Shown: in pieces, positions 1-11,842 of the stretch
How positions within the stretch are numbered: the stretch's first letter is position 1
How the letters are laid out: each line of letters begins with the position of its first letter
From: Chlorokybus atmophyticus
Taxonomy: Eukaryota > Plantae > Mesostigma and Chlorokybus algae
NCBI GenBank assembly: GCA_009103225.1
Contig: RHPI01001737.1
Location: 310,511-374,510 of the forward strand
Length of the DNA: 64,000 nt
Direction: 5' to 3'
The notes under the pieces: generated by a model
Databases searched by the model: none
Seen by the model: only the letters and a program-made list of their open reading frames with translations
What the model was told of the DNA's origin: nothing
Program-made: the position numbers and the translations under genes

Positions 1-689
1 CAATAATGTATTGCATTTTGCAATCGTGTAATAATGTGTATGCTGTGTTGTAACTCTCTTTGTTATTTCATTAAAATAAGCAACAAGAATATTAGCTGTG
101 TCATGATTGTTCACTTCGGCTTGCATACTTAACATGGCAAACATATTTGAAGAGTTGTAATGAGTATGCTACAACTGTAACGGGAAGGCACAGTTATTTA
201 CCACAAATTGACCATAAAAGTACCAATTCTTTTGTGGTCGAGTGGGCTGTGACATTGGTCATCGGAGCTTGAGACCCGGGTTCGATTCCTGCCTTGCACA
301 CGAATTCCGCGGTCGTTGTTTCTCGATCCAATAACATCGTAAATGGTCACTTTATGAGTGCCATCATCGATGGGTCTTGCCTAATGGCAGTCGCGCCGAA
401 CTGACCAGTTCAGTCGGCGCGGCAGGGCGCGACCTGCCTATCGCGGCGACGCGACCTGTGGGGCCGGCAGCGGCGCGCTATGCGCGCGTTGACCGGTATG
501 GGCCTAAATTAGCCGGTCCTTGGATGGTGGGGCCGGTGACCGACCCTAAATCAGACCCCTGGGAAGGAAATTCCCCAGCTGATGAGAGCGCCAGCTGCCG
601 AGGACGTCAGCGTTCTTAAGTGGGGGGGAATGTAACGGGAAGGTACATTAAATTACCACAAATCGACCATAAAAGCACCAAGTCTTTTG

Positions 690-743
690 TGGTCGAGTGG
701 GCTGTGACATTGGTATCGGAGCTTGAGACCCGGGTTCGATTCC
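690..743 (+). promoter_or_regulatory. tRNA-type (type 2) Pol III internal promoter spanning the LTR/PBS junction (second copy at 235-289)
   Basis: A-box TGGTCGAGTGG at 690-700 and B-box GGTTCGATTCC at 733-743 with tRNA-like spacing. D-stem-like GTC...GAC and T-arm-like GAGACCCGGGTTCGATTCC are present. Confidence 0.75.
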
Positions 744-1088
744 TGCCTTGCACACGAATTCCGCGGTCGTTGTTTCTCGATCCAATAATCGTAAATGGTC
801 ACTTTATGAGTGCCATCATCGATGGGTCGCGACTTGCCTAATGGCAGTCGCGCCGAACTGACCAGTTCAGTCGGCGCGGCAGGGCGCGACCTGCCTATCG
901 CGGCGACGCGACCTGTGGGGCCGGCAGCGGCGCGCTATGCGCGCGTTGACCGGTATGGGCCTAAATTAGCCGGTCCTTGGATGGTGGGGCCGGTGACCGA
1001 CCCTAAATCAGACCCCTGGGAAGGAAATTCCCCAGCTGATGAGAGCGCCAGCTGCCGAGGACGTCAGCGTTCTTAAGTGGCGGGGGAA

Positions 1089-1261
1089 TGTAACGGGAAG
1101 GCACATTGAATTACCACAAATCGACCATAAAAGCACCAAGTCTTTTGTGGTCGAGTGGGCTGTGACATTAATGTGACATTAATGTCACAGCCCACTCGAC
1201 CACAAAAGACTTGGTGCTTTTATGGTCGATTTGTGGTAATTCAATGTGCCTTCCCGTTACA
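1089..1261. repeat. Perfect inverted repeat of two identical 79-bp LTRs with a 15-bp spacer
   Basis: 1183-1261 is the exact reverse complement of 1089-1167. Spacer is TTAATGTGACATTAA. Confidence 0.95.
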
Positions 1262-3526
1262 ACAACAATAGCGAAGTTTATGCATAGTTATGGTTGCGGT
1301 CAATAACGAGCTATCTTTGTGTGCATGGCATTATGGTATTCTAATGCTATGATCACGACAGGTGTCACCACAATAATTGCACATACGGAGATGTAATATG
1401 TTATGCCGCATTGTAACGATACCTCGTATAGTTAGTGTTATTAGCTATGAAACATATGTTTTTTAATATGTGGAATTGGGCTATTTTAACATCAACGCTT
1501 TAACCATTAGACCATGGCAATAAAAGTTGCTGCCATAGGAGGATTCATTTGTCTCAGATATACCCGATCCCATATATGTTACAGCTACCATGTCGTGGTT
1601 GAACGCTCATGACCTCACGTGAACACTGTAACATGGGGTAGGGCAATCCCATGATATGCATAAACACATGTACATGTGCACTGAAGGGTGCTAACTTGCT
1701 GCAGTTTACTCAAGCTCGCACTCGATTAAGAAAGCGCCATGGTACAAATACATTTGTACATATATTACTTAAAATTGACATTTAAGTATTGAACAACTAT
1801 GAAGGGTGTTAAGCATTTCACTCAAGCCCGCACCCACTTAAGACACGCTACATGTTTGTATAATAATTGATGATTAATTGATCAATTTAAGTGGTCTAAA
1901 CTGAAGTGGTCCAGGTCATTGTACGAGATGACCTGGACCACTTCAATTTAGCTTGTTTAAGATCAAAATAATAATAGTAATATTGCATAAAAGTGCAATC
2001 CTCATTGCTAACAAGTCAACAAAGCAATTTCACTAAAAGTTATACTCATTTGCTCTTTGACAATCCGATAATACCATACATTTGCATTTATGAAATAACA
2101 TGAAAGATTGATGAAAATCCTAATTACATTATGCAAATGTAACATCCCTTTGCGTTATGTAAATTCATACACAAATGTTGCATGGGCGAACAATAAACAA
2201 ACTTGACTTATGTGATAGTAACTGCAATTTGCCATATAAGAATCGTGGGTCTTATGTGGCAAGTCTTCGTTCAACAAACAGCATGTGTCATGGTATTCAC
2301 GAGTTCTCTTACTTGTGAACCATCGGCACAAAAAGTGTACTGCAAGTGACATACTCTATCGCAATTACACATGCATGCACATAGTAGAGACGAGGGGTCA
2401 ATAGATCAGCAGCAAGCTAACACAGCAAGCATAAATGCATGACGTATACCTTGTTCCCGCGCATTGCGTCCTGCTGACGTCATACCAAGCACACACATGG
2501 CGATTTGCTGAGTGTGCTTTGCGTTCAGGTTGCGCATTGGGTTGGGTGTGGGCGGGCTGCAGCAAGCTCGCCCACACCCACCCCCTCGCCAACATATGGT
2601 GATATCTTTGCAATTGTCGCTAAGGCTCCGGCCAGCCCGTTGTTACATTGCTTGCTGTTGTTGTGGTGGTTTCGTTGTGTTGTGATTTCGTGCTTGACGT
2701 TGTGTGCACGTTGTGTGACTCTGAGTGCATGGGTGCATAGAATAAGTGCGAACATGTAGCTGCGGACACATTTTACATTGTTTTGTGATGTTATACACAC
2801 TTACTCGCATACCATCTTTGGACATTAACATAAGCTGTTTATCAAGACTAGCGGTAGCCATAAACTTGCAACATGATTATCATCTTCCATGCATACGCCT
2901 TATTTCTATGGCAACAATGCACACAGCCAACTTGTGTGTACTCTGTGCCACAATCTGGACTGGTTACAAAGCCAGCATCTGACAATGTACAAACAATGCG
3001 AAACGGGAGTGCACATGCACAGTGGCATGCACAGTTAGCAGCATGCAAAGCGACATTGCGCATACCAATTACACTATTGTGAAGTTAACCACCGGGTTCA
3101 TTCCAACCTGACGTGACTGCTTGAGCATACATATACTTAGTGGCTAGAAGCAGGTTAGCATGTAGCCCAGTGGTGTTGTATGTGAGAATGTGTGGGTGGT
3201 GATGTACTGACCGCATATGTGGGTGATGAATGCGGTGTGCCTTGAATGCATGAAACCCGTTATGCATCTTTGTACACAAACAAGGCATTGCATATATGAC
3301 AGTGTGACTGCTTGAGCATACACAAATTGCGCTGCATTTGCACTACTTATGATACTGTATGTCTTGCTCAACTTGAGTAATTTTGCCAGCAATGCGCAGA
3401 CACAACCTCAGTAGGCGAATATATACACAGTCTGCAGCACCTGCAACGGCAGCATCAATCACTGCAACAGCCTCGCAAATAATGAACTATGTGAATAAAC
3501 ACTGTTAGCTAACTTCCTGATAAAAA

Positions 3527-5637
3527 CTACAGGTGATCAATGACAGCTTTGGTGAACTCTGATGTAGTGGCCTTGCCGCCCAAGTCTCCTGTTCGGTGGT
3601 TGCCTTCAGCAATTGTGCTCAACACAGCGCTCTGAATTTGGTCAGCCTTGTCGTTCATGTCAATGTGCCTCAGCATCATAACAGAACTGAGCAACAGCGC
3701 TGTGGGATTGGCAAGATTCTGCACAGAAAAACTTGTTCATGCCCGTTGTATCTCAGCAGCAAGCTTTGACAGGCATGCACACGCAGGGTACCTTGCCAGC
3801 TATGTCAGGTGCTGTTCCATGCACGGCCTCCATCAAGGCAACGCCATCCAACCCAATATTACCACTGGCAAACAACAACACGCATGAGCACCATTCTGAG
3901 CCACCCACAAGACCTCCAGCACCCGCCAAACACACCATAACCGAGTACAAGAGTAACACCGCACAGGTACCTGGGTGTCAATCCAAGACCGCCAATTAGG
4001 CCGGCACAAAGGTCGCTGACAATATCGCCATAGAGGTTTGGCATGACAAGCACGTCATACGCAGCAGGGTTCTTAACCAGCTGCATGCAGCAGTTATCAA
4101 CGATAACCTCCTCGTACTCAATGTCTGGAAACCTAAGTGCCACTTCACGACAACACTGCATCACCAGTGGATTGCCCATATCAGCAAGCAACACGCCCGC
4201 CAGCACGCAAGAGCAACTAACCCACCTTGACAAAAAGACCATCAGCAAGCTTCATGATGTTGGCTTTATGCACTGCAGTAACCTTTTTCCTTCCCTGCGC
4301 TTGCGCATACGCAAAAGCATACTCTGCTACTCGCGAGCTGGCTTGCCGCGTGATGACTTTCAAACTCTCAACAACACCAGGAATCACCTTCGCAGCGGCA
4401 CTGTTGGTCAGCACATGTTACAGCCCAATCAACCTTGCCCACGCATGCACATACACATAGCAATGCTATGTGCATGCGTGCCTGTGTGCACGTGTAGGTA
4501 CACACTTACACATAGCACTGGTATGCATATGCATGCCTGTGTGCATGCATGTATAGCTACACGCAGGCACGCATACACATGGCCAAGATAAGTTACTTCT
4601 CACCATATGCTCAAGGCCAGAATACTCCCCCTCTGTGTTCTCCCGAATGGTAACGACGTCAACATTATCGTAACGCGTCTTGAAGCCGGGGATCGAAAGG
4701 CAGGGCCTTACGTTGGCGAACAGGTTCAGCTCTTTGCGGATGGTCAGATTCAGCGAGCGGAAGCCCTTGCCAATGGGTGTCGTCATGGGCCCTTTCAGCC
4801 CAATCTTATTCCGCAACACCGAGTCCATGCTGGCCTTGGTCACAAAGCTGTGCACAAGGCGGCTCAGCTCGTGCATATTTTAGTTCTTTGTTGAGAGGCA
4901 ACGGACATATTCATGATGCTGCCTGACTGCTCATGCTATGCACATTGGCTCAACAAGCAAAGAAAGCTAGTGACACTGGTGTGATACCGGTAGCCTGGAC
5001 GCAATCAACTCGACATGTGGTACGTCATGGTTGTGTGAGGCGACAAAGAGTGTAGTCACCACGCATGTTGCTATCTCTTTATGCATGCACGACAGGCGTG
5101 TCATGAACCAGCAAAGGGCAGGAGTAATCTCATGCACTGTTTTACGCACAGTGCTGGATATGCGATGATTCTGCGCAACTGCTAGCTGCATGGGCAAGCA
5201 AGCTGGCACCTCCAGGCCTGTCCAATCGCTGCAGCCATGCATACGGCACACAAAGGGCGGCAGTATGCACTCCTGGCAATTGCATATGACCTATGATATC
5301 TGGTAACCAATCACCACATAGTAACTTACCAACAGGTCAGGGCAATGCACGAGCCCAATTCAGCAATCAATGGCCAGCTGCTAACCCATTGCCTTTCACT
5401 GCTTACTGACCTATTGGTAAGTGGGTCAATAGTCTTGGAGATCTCGTACTCCTCCCATTGGACGGGGACGTCGGCAGCCTTGAACACCTGCTTGACCGCC
5501 TCCGCAATCTCCGGCCCAATGCCGTCGCCAGGGAAGAGGGTGGCCGTGCGCACCTCCGGCGAGGAGGACGATGCGGCTGCGGAGCTGTACAGTCTCCTCC
5601 CTAGAAGCAATCCGGACCTCCTCACCACCCCAGCCAT
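3527..5637 (-). CDS. IDH5: Mitochondrial NAD-dependent isocitrate dehydrogenase, catalytic subunit (IDH5/IDH6-like), about 6 exons
   Basis: Spliced motifs [73 protein letters not shown] and [17 protein letters not shown]-terminal presequence. GT-AG phases checked at two junctions. Confidence 0.95.
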
Positions 5638-5900
5638 GACGCCGCCTTGCCTCACTCACCCACCGCCGCCACCGCCTCCACAGCAGCCCCAACAGTCACA
5701 TGCACTCCGGCTAAGGCTTTTCCTCTGATTTGCCTGCCAAATTGGGCTTCAAACCCTAATGCACAATTGAACTCGATATCCATGCTTAGAATCGATATCG
5801 GTATGAGTTACAAGAACATTACAGATATCTCTATAAAGTCGATATAGGCTGTGTCGCCGATAAACACGCAAAATTTCCCCCCTACTAGGGTTTTGGTGGT
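5638..5900. promoter_or_regulatory. Divergent promoter with telo-boxes and a site II element
   Basis: TGGGCT at 5743-5748, AAACCCTAA at 5751-5759 and TAGGGTTTT at 5886-5894, between head-to-head genes. Confidence 0.55.
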
Positions 5901-6636
5901 GTTGGCGGCGTTGGGGGAGGCGTTGGCTGCGGGGAGGCTGTGGACGGGAGGTGGCGGTGAAGGTGTCGTGGGCGTGATCGCTGCAAGGCACAGATTTGGC
6001 CAAGCAGGTGGGCAGTAACTGAACGTGGTCTGCGATCTCAGTTTTATTTTCACGGTGCGGCGCCGTCCTTGAGTTGGGCGGGAAGTATTCAGCTGGTGGG
6101 AGGTTGTTTTGTTTGCAGTGGTCGAGCTTGGCATAGGCTGCCTGGGCTGGTGTTGGCTGCGGTTAACATTCCCTGTGAAACGATTCCCTCTAAACTTCAA
6201 GTCGGCAGATGCTCCAAGTTGTTCGCGGTATAGATAGCATGGCGCGCGGTGATTGATGGCGTCTGCCCTCTGCTGGTGGTAAGTTTGTGCGTCGTGCCTT
6301 CTTTTTTGGAGCTCCCTGTGTGTTACTGTGTCGTTCTCTTCCTGCATGCGTGATGATTTTCTGCTCAGCACCTGCTGTGCATAGCAGAGTAGTAGTCTGT
6401 GTTTGCGGGTCACCACTGACCGGGGCATCTGAGCTTAAGTCTTGATGCTTGCCTGCCCGTTACTGCAGCAAGTGCACATGGCGAGTTTTATGCTTCAAGC
6501 TCTCAGGCCAGCCGATTTCACCAGTTCAGGGCAATTCACCCAGAGAAGGTGCGCGCGTTGCCGCTACAGTTGCAAAATTTGCTGTCGTCTGACAAGTTAT
6601 GCTTGCAGCAAGAGGATAGCCTCCAAAGGCAGCAAC

Positions 6637-9600
6637 ATGGAATTTGACAACAACGCGGTGGTGAGTTTGAGCGATCCTGGTTAGCCCGGAGTGTTACTTG
6701 CAAACATATCTACCCTGTGTGGGAACTGGTTTTGTTGGTATAGTTTCTGCTGGAATACTACTGAGTCATCTGTCAGGCCAAAGTGCTCAAGGAGGTGTCG
6801 GATTCAGACATGTTTGCTGAGGCACCTACAGCTTCCACCACTTCAACTGCAAAAGCTCGAGCCGGGAGCTTATCCATAGGACGGTCTGTGAAGTCTCAGG
6901 TACCTGTGCAAGATTTGCAAGTATCTGGCCTTGTGTGAGGACTGCGTATGCTTGGCAAGCACGCTTACTATTTTGCGCAACAGCCGCACCGGGTACAAGT
7001 GTTGGATGTGGACCCGCATCTGACAGCGCGACGAGGGCTTCATGACGCGACGGCAGCAACCAGCCGCGCCAAGCCTGCAGCAACAGTAACAACAGTTGGT
7101 GGTCGCCGCAGGCTTGAAACAACTTCCTTGTTGGGTGTTAAGCGTCCTGGGCCTGTCGAAGAAACCATCAGTACATCTCCTGATGCTGAACAGCCGGTGA
7201 AGAAGAAGAAACGGAAATCAGTTTCATGGGCTCCTGATCATAAGCTTTGTGATGTAAGCATGTGCATGGGTTGTGAACGTTATTTGAGCTGGGGCTGGCG
7301 GTGTATATCTCCTGTCCTGTTGCAGCCATCACGTACACATTAGCTGTAATATGTGAATGCCCGGCAGACACTTTCACTTGCTCGGCTGGGCCATCCAAAG
7401 TCACAGCTTGCAGCCAGTGCCTTTCATGCAGCATGGTCTTCACTACTCTTGCTATCTACTCTTGCTATCTTGCTGTACACTATGTGACTCTGATGAGACG
7501 CTGCTTGTATGGCAGGTTTTGTTGTTCTACAAGGATGACTCGCGTCCTCCACAGCATCAGGCTGAAGCACCAACACATGAGGAACCCGTTGACGGACCTC
7601 CTGGCTTTGAAGCAGCTGCGCGGATGGAGCATGACCAGGAGAGGGCGTGGCATCAGAGGCATACTCAAGATCATGTCGTACAAGAACAGCTGCGTATGTC
7701 CCATCATCAGCAACAAGAGCGCAAGAGTGCTTTGGCGAAGCAGGTACTTGTGACTGTCATGTTGCATTGCTCCGTTGGCACTGTGTGCCCAAGTTGGCCT
7801 GCTGACAGAACTCCGTGCAGAGTGGTGGTCGGAGTCGCGAGGAAGAGCGTAGTGCGTATGAAGCGCTTCAGCCTCAGCTGAGTTGGCGACAACCTGAACA
7901 GGTAGATGTTGAGGTTGTTTGGGACATGCGGGCCTGTGGCAGCAATTCACTTGGTCGAAAACTCTTTATGATATATATTATTCTTATTACATCGGCAAAA
8001 TGGTGTGACAAGTATGCAAATATTCTGAATCCAATTATCAATCAACTTGTCAAATCGGTTTGGTTGGTACATTGTCGGTATACGTAGGTGTATTCAACAG
8101 TCATCACATGTATAACTGGTTGCATGCATCAGCCATGCAGCAATAGCATGCCAGCAGCGTGTCTGGACATCAGAACTGTGTTAGTCAGGTCATGTGTCGA
8201 TGACATGATTATGTTGAATAAATGAAAGTGTTGACTGACAGTCCAGCGGCAACTGGCTTGCGAGGTAACTAGCAGCATGCTGTGTGCAGTGAAGACATAC
8301 TTTACTGTTCAAATGCACACGGGGAACGGTGGTGATGTACTCGGGAGTATGTTCATTACAGTAGCAGTCATGTAAAGACAATTGATTATTGATTGCACTC
8401 ATGCTGCACCTGGAATATCACAAAGCATGCAGGGTGGATAGTATCATCCTCACCTGCATCAAACATTTCATCTCACCAACTCCAACATTGTACAGTTACA
8501 ATTGCTGGAGGAGTGGGGCGTAGCAGCTGGAGGTGACAGTGTAGAGCGTCAAAATCAGCAAGCTCGTGAGTCCAGCACCCCTGGTGTTGTATATCACTCC
8601 TTGTCAGAGATGCCAACTTCACCAGTTGAAGCTGGTGATGAGCCTATGTACAGTGAGAGTTCAGTAACGCAGATACCACTGATATCTGTTGAGGATGATA
8701 CACAAGTCAGTGCTCAGGCCCCTGGGCCTGAGCAAACCCAGTTGGTCAGTGCGTCTCCCTCCCCACATGAAGAGGAACCTGTACCACAGCCAAGCACAGC
8801 TCCGAAGGTAGAAACTCCCCAGCCGGTGGCTATTGCGGCCCAGGCTTCAAGCGCCCCCCCGCAGGTCAGCGCTTCCTCATCAGCAGCACAGGCGGGTCCG
8901 CCTTCATCGGCACCAACCGCTGCAGAAGTCAGTGGTTTGACAAATCTGTTGACTACTATCAGCCAGATGCAAGCGCCGCAAGGTCACCATGACTTGGCGG
9001 CTCCTAATGCGTCTTCAGTTGCATCTGTGTTAGCAGCGCTCTGTTCTCAACTGCCCACACAGCAGCCACCTCAGGCCCCACCGCGCCAGGCTCAGTTGCA
9101 GGCGCAAACGCAGGGACAGGCGCACCGACAGCCTCAGCCACAGCCGCAGCTACATCAGCAACCGCCACATCAGATGCAACCACAGCACTCGCCCGTGCCA
9201 CCGCCTTACCCTTCCACATATGTAAGGCCTCAGCAGCTGCCTGAACCCGCTCAGTTGTCATTACCTCAGCCCCATCCATTACCTCAGCGTCCTCCTGCAC
9301 ATGGTTCATCTGCACAGACATCAGCGCCGCCCAAGTTGATGACTGCAGCACAGCAAGTCGCAGCTGCTCTGTCTGGAAACTCGATAGCAACCAACATAGA
9401 TCCACAGCTGTTGATGCAGTTGCTCAGCAATCCAACGCTAATGGCGGACCTCACGAAGACCGGCGGTAGCAGCAGCGCTGCAAAGGTGCCTCTGGCTCCC
9501 AACCTTGCTGCTACCATGCCACCAGTGTTCCCTGCGAATCCCCCAAGCATGAACATGTTTCAGCCCCCAAGCAGCAACCCTCCACCGGGCCTCTCAGGCC

Positions 9601-10052
9601 CAGGTGGAGCGGGTGGTCGACCACCTCCTCCTCTGCCACCTGGCCCGCGCCCGCCCTCAGTGGAGTTCAGCAGGCCTTTTGGCCATCCGCAGATGCTACC
9701 ATCACCTTTTCGGACGCCTCCAGGACCACCAGGACCAGGCTTTCGTCCAGGACCGGCTTTTCAGCACGCTGCAGGACCTCCTCTACCATTTGAGCAGCAC
9801 ATGCGTCCCCCGCATCTGCCATTCAGGCCTGGCGGGCCTCCACCACCTCCCCATGCACATTTGAGGCCAGAACAGCACCTGCCACCATTTGAATCGCCAC
9901 CACCGCCCCTCGGAATGGGTGGAGGCAATCCTTTTCCAAACAGGCAGAAGCGTGACCCTGTTAGCAAAGTCATTTGCAAGTTCTTTAACACACCAATGGG
10001 ATGCAGAAATGGCGAGCATTGTCAGTTCTTGCATGAGCCTTGGGGTCCATAG
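6637..10052 (+). CDS. CCCH zinc-finger protein with an RVxF PP1-docking motif (plant C3H6-like / PNUTS-like); 5' end uncertain
   Basis: Exons join as KKKRKSVSWAPDHKLCD-VLLFYKDD, LSWRQPEQ and LEEWGVAAGGDSVERQNQQARE. Long Pro/Gln-rich last exon ends in CKFFNTPMGCRNGEHCQFLH. Confidence 0.8.
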
Positions 10053-11208
10053 GGGGTCCGATAGGTGTGGCATGTGCATGGCTGTCACGGCTGCCATTGT
10101 CATGCTCATCAACCTCACAGTCGTTGCATGCCAGCAAGTAAGGGGCATGCAGCAACTCACGCGCGTCACGCACGAGGGGCCAGACAATTCTGGCGGGAGG
10201 GACCATTCAAAGCGGTTGCGCAAAACAAGCACATTAAGGGCTTGCGCTGCCACGGCAACGCGAACATTGCAAACTGCAGGCGCAGGCTGTGTTTGCTAGT
10301 GGAATGCCAAGTACATTCCGCACTCAACACTGGTACATGTTGAACCTTTTCGCAGGGCTATTTGCTGAGTGGCTACATAGATATCCGCGCAGGCAACTCT
10401 ACCATTATGTACATGTGGTAGCACCTATCTGAAGTTTCTTGATGTTTCTTGAAATGTTTGACTCGGTGCTGCCTATGGGCAATGCAGTATTTATTGCACA
10501 TTTAATTGCATCCCATGTGCACTATAGCTTGAGAGGCCTGGTAGTCCCATCAGCATCCAAAATAAGTAAAGAGATTCATCATATTTCTTGATGCCTTGTG
10601 TGTACAATGAAAAGTGATATGTGACTGCCCATACTGGGTAGGCAGTTACACATGCTAGCATCTCGTTGCACACAGTCTATTCTGTCATGCTTGCAAGCAC
10701 CAGCATAGTTGCCAGTCATAACCACCACAATTGCAGCGTGCAGCCATGACACCACCTTCGTCACCGTCTGGCTGTGTGCAAGGTCTACCGCTACTATCCT
10801 AACATGCATGACCCCCAAGTAATTTCCACAACCACAATACCTGCCACATGGCCGAGAGCGTGCATGATGGTTACTTGGTGGAATAACATAAGAGAAATAA
10901 TTCGCATGCGCAATTGCGTGCGCACATAGGGTTGTTGTGTAAAAGATACACGTATATGTAGCACGCAATACGTGTATGCAACAATCGGCCCTTATCGCAA
11001 CATTAACACTAGTAGGTAGAGCTGGAGGGAATAGGCATGGACGGCTTTATTACGTAACCTGGTGTGACGATGTTGCATACTAGTGTAAGTCACGTTCAAT
11101 AAGAATGGCCCTTCGTACATGTGCATGCATTGTTGCGTGCCACTGTGTAGTGATGTGGGTGTTTTGTTATTGTTCTTATTGACTTTAAGCACAAGTGTCA
11201 TGAATTTA

Positions 11209-11450
11209 TATACATGCGAAGAGTATATGTACTCTATGCCATGTGCGTTATGCTACCTCCATAAATCTGTATATGTGTAACATGCATCATTAGCTATAAA
11301 TCTATGTACTTAAATTGTAGTCATTAATTCATATACATGACAAGGGTATATGTACCCTATGCCATATGCGTTATTCTACCTTCATGAACCCCGTACATGT
11401 GTAACATGCATCAATGGCCATAAGTTTATATATTTAAGTTATCATCTGTA
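11209..11450. repeat. Degenerate tandem duplication of about 120 bp
   Basis: Two related copies of TATACATG...GTATATGTAC(T/C)CTATGCCAT(G/A)TGCGTTAT...GTGTAACATGCATCA. Confidence 0.7.
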
Positions 11451-11842
11451 CCATTTTTTATTTAGCAATACAGATAGACGCATCACGACCTCATGTGATA
11501 CAACCGGACAAATACGCGCGTTATATGCACATCATGTATTATTTTGTCAATAATGCAGTCACGCACACCCAACCACAACATGCGAATGGCACAATCATCA
11601 TCAATGACAATTTCATTTGATCGAACGAAAGTGTCGCGGGTTAGCAAAGCCACATTCACTTTCATAAGGGTGTAGCCATGAGCAATGGACACGAATACCG
11701 CAAGCAACCCGCCACCATTGCCGATATTGCGGCCAGGCTGTACGCGCTGGGGCACGCAATGAATATGCATTCATAAATGAATTCAAGTGCTAGAGCGCAT
11801 AATACAGGGTCTCTGATGCATGTGGAGGTTCCCCCCTACTAG

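Larger units (their letters stand above)
176..1261 (+). mobile_element. Tandem TRIM (non-autonomous LTR retrotransposon): LTR-internal-LTR-internal-LTR plus a terminal inverted LTR
   Basis: 79-bp TG...CA LTRs at 176-254, 631-709 and 1089-1167, and an inverted copy at 1183-1261. PBS TGGTATCGGAGC at 711-722 (variant at 256-268). PPT AAGTGGGGGGGAA ends at 630 (variant ends at 1088). Units are 455 and 458 bp with no credible coding capacity. Direct repeat ACAAC at 171-175 and 1262-1266. Confidence 0.9.

Noticed and set aside
377-1076. Duplicated 80/88-aa ORFs (MPNGSRAEL...)
   Set aside because: They lie within the TRIM repeat units, start at a non-ATG codon or differ between units, and show no recognisable motif.
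176-1261. CRISPR array or functional tRNA gene
   Set aside because: The spacers are near-identical 376-379 bp units, not unique spacers. The tRNA-like part has no acceptor stem and no convincing anticodon stem.
5808-6428. 206-aa minus-strand ORF
   Set aside because: It overlaps the promoter and leader of the plus-strand gene, has low-complexity composition and no motif.
10400-11800. Possible gene fragments on the minus strand
   Set aside because: No consistent exon chain or recognisable domain could be built.
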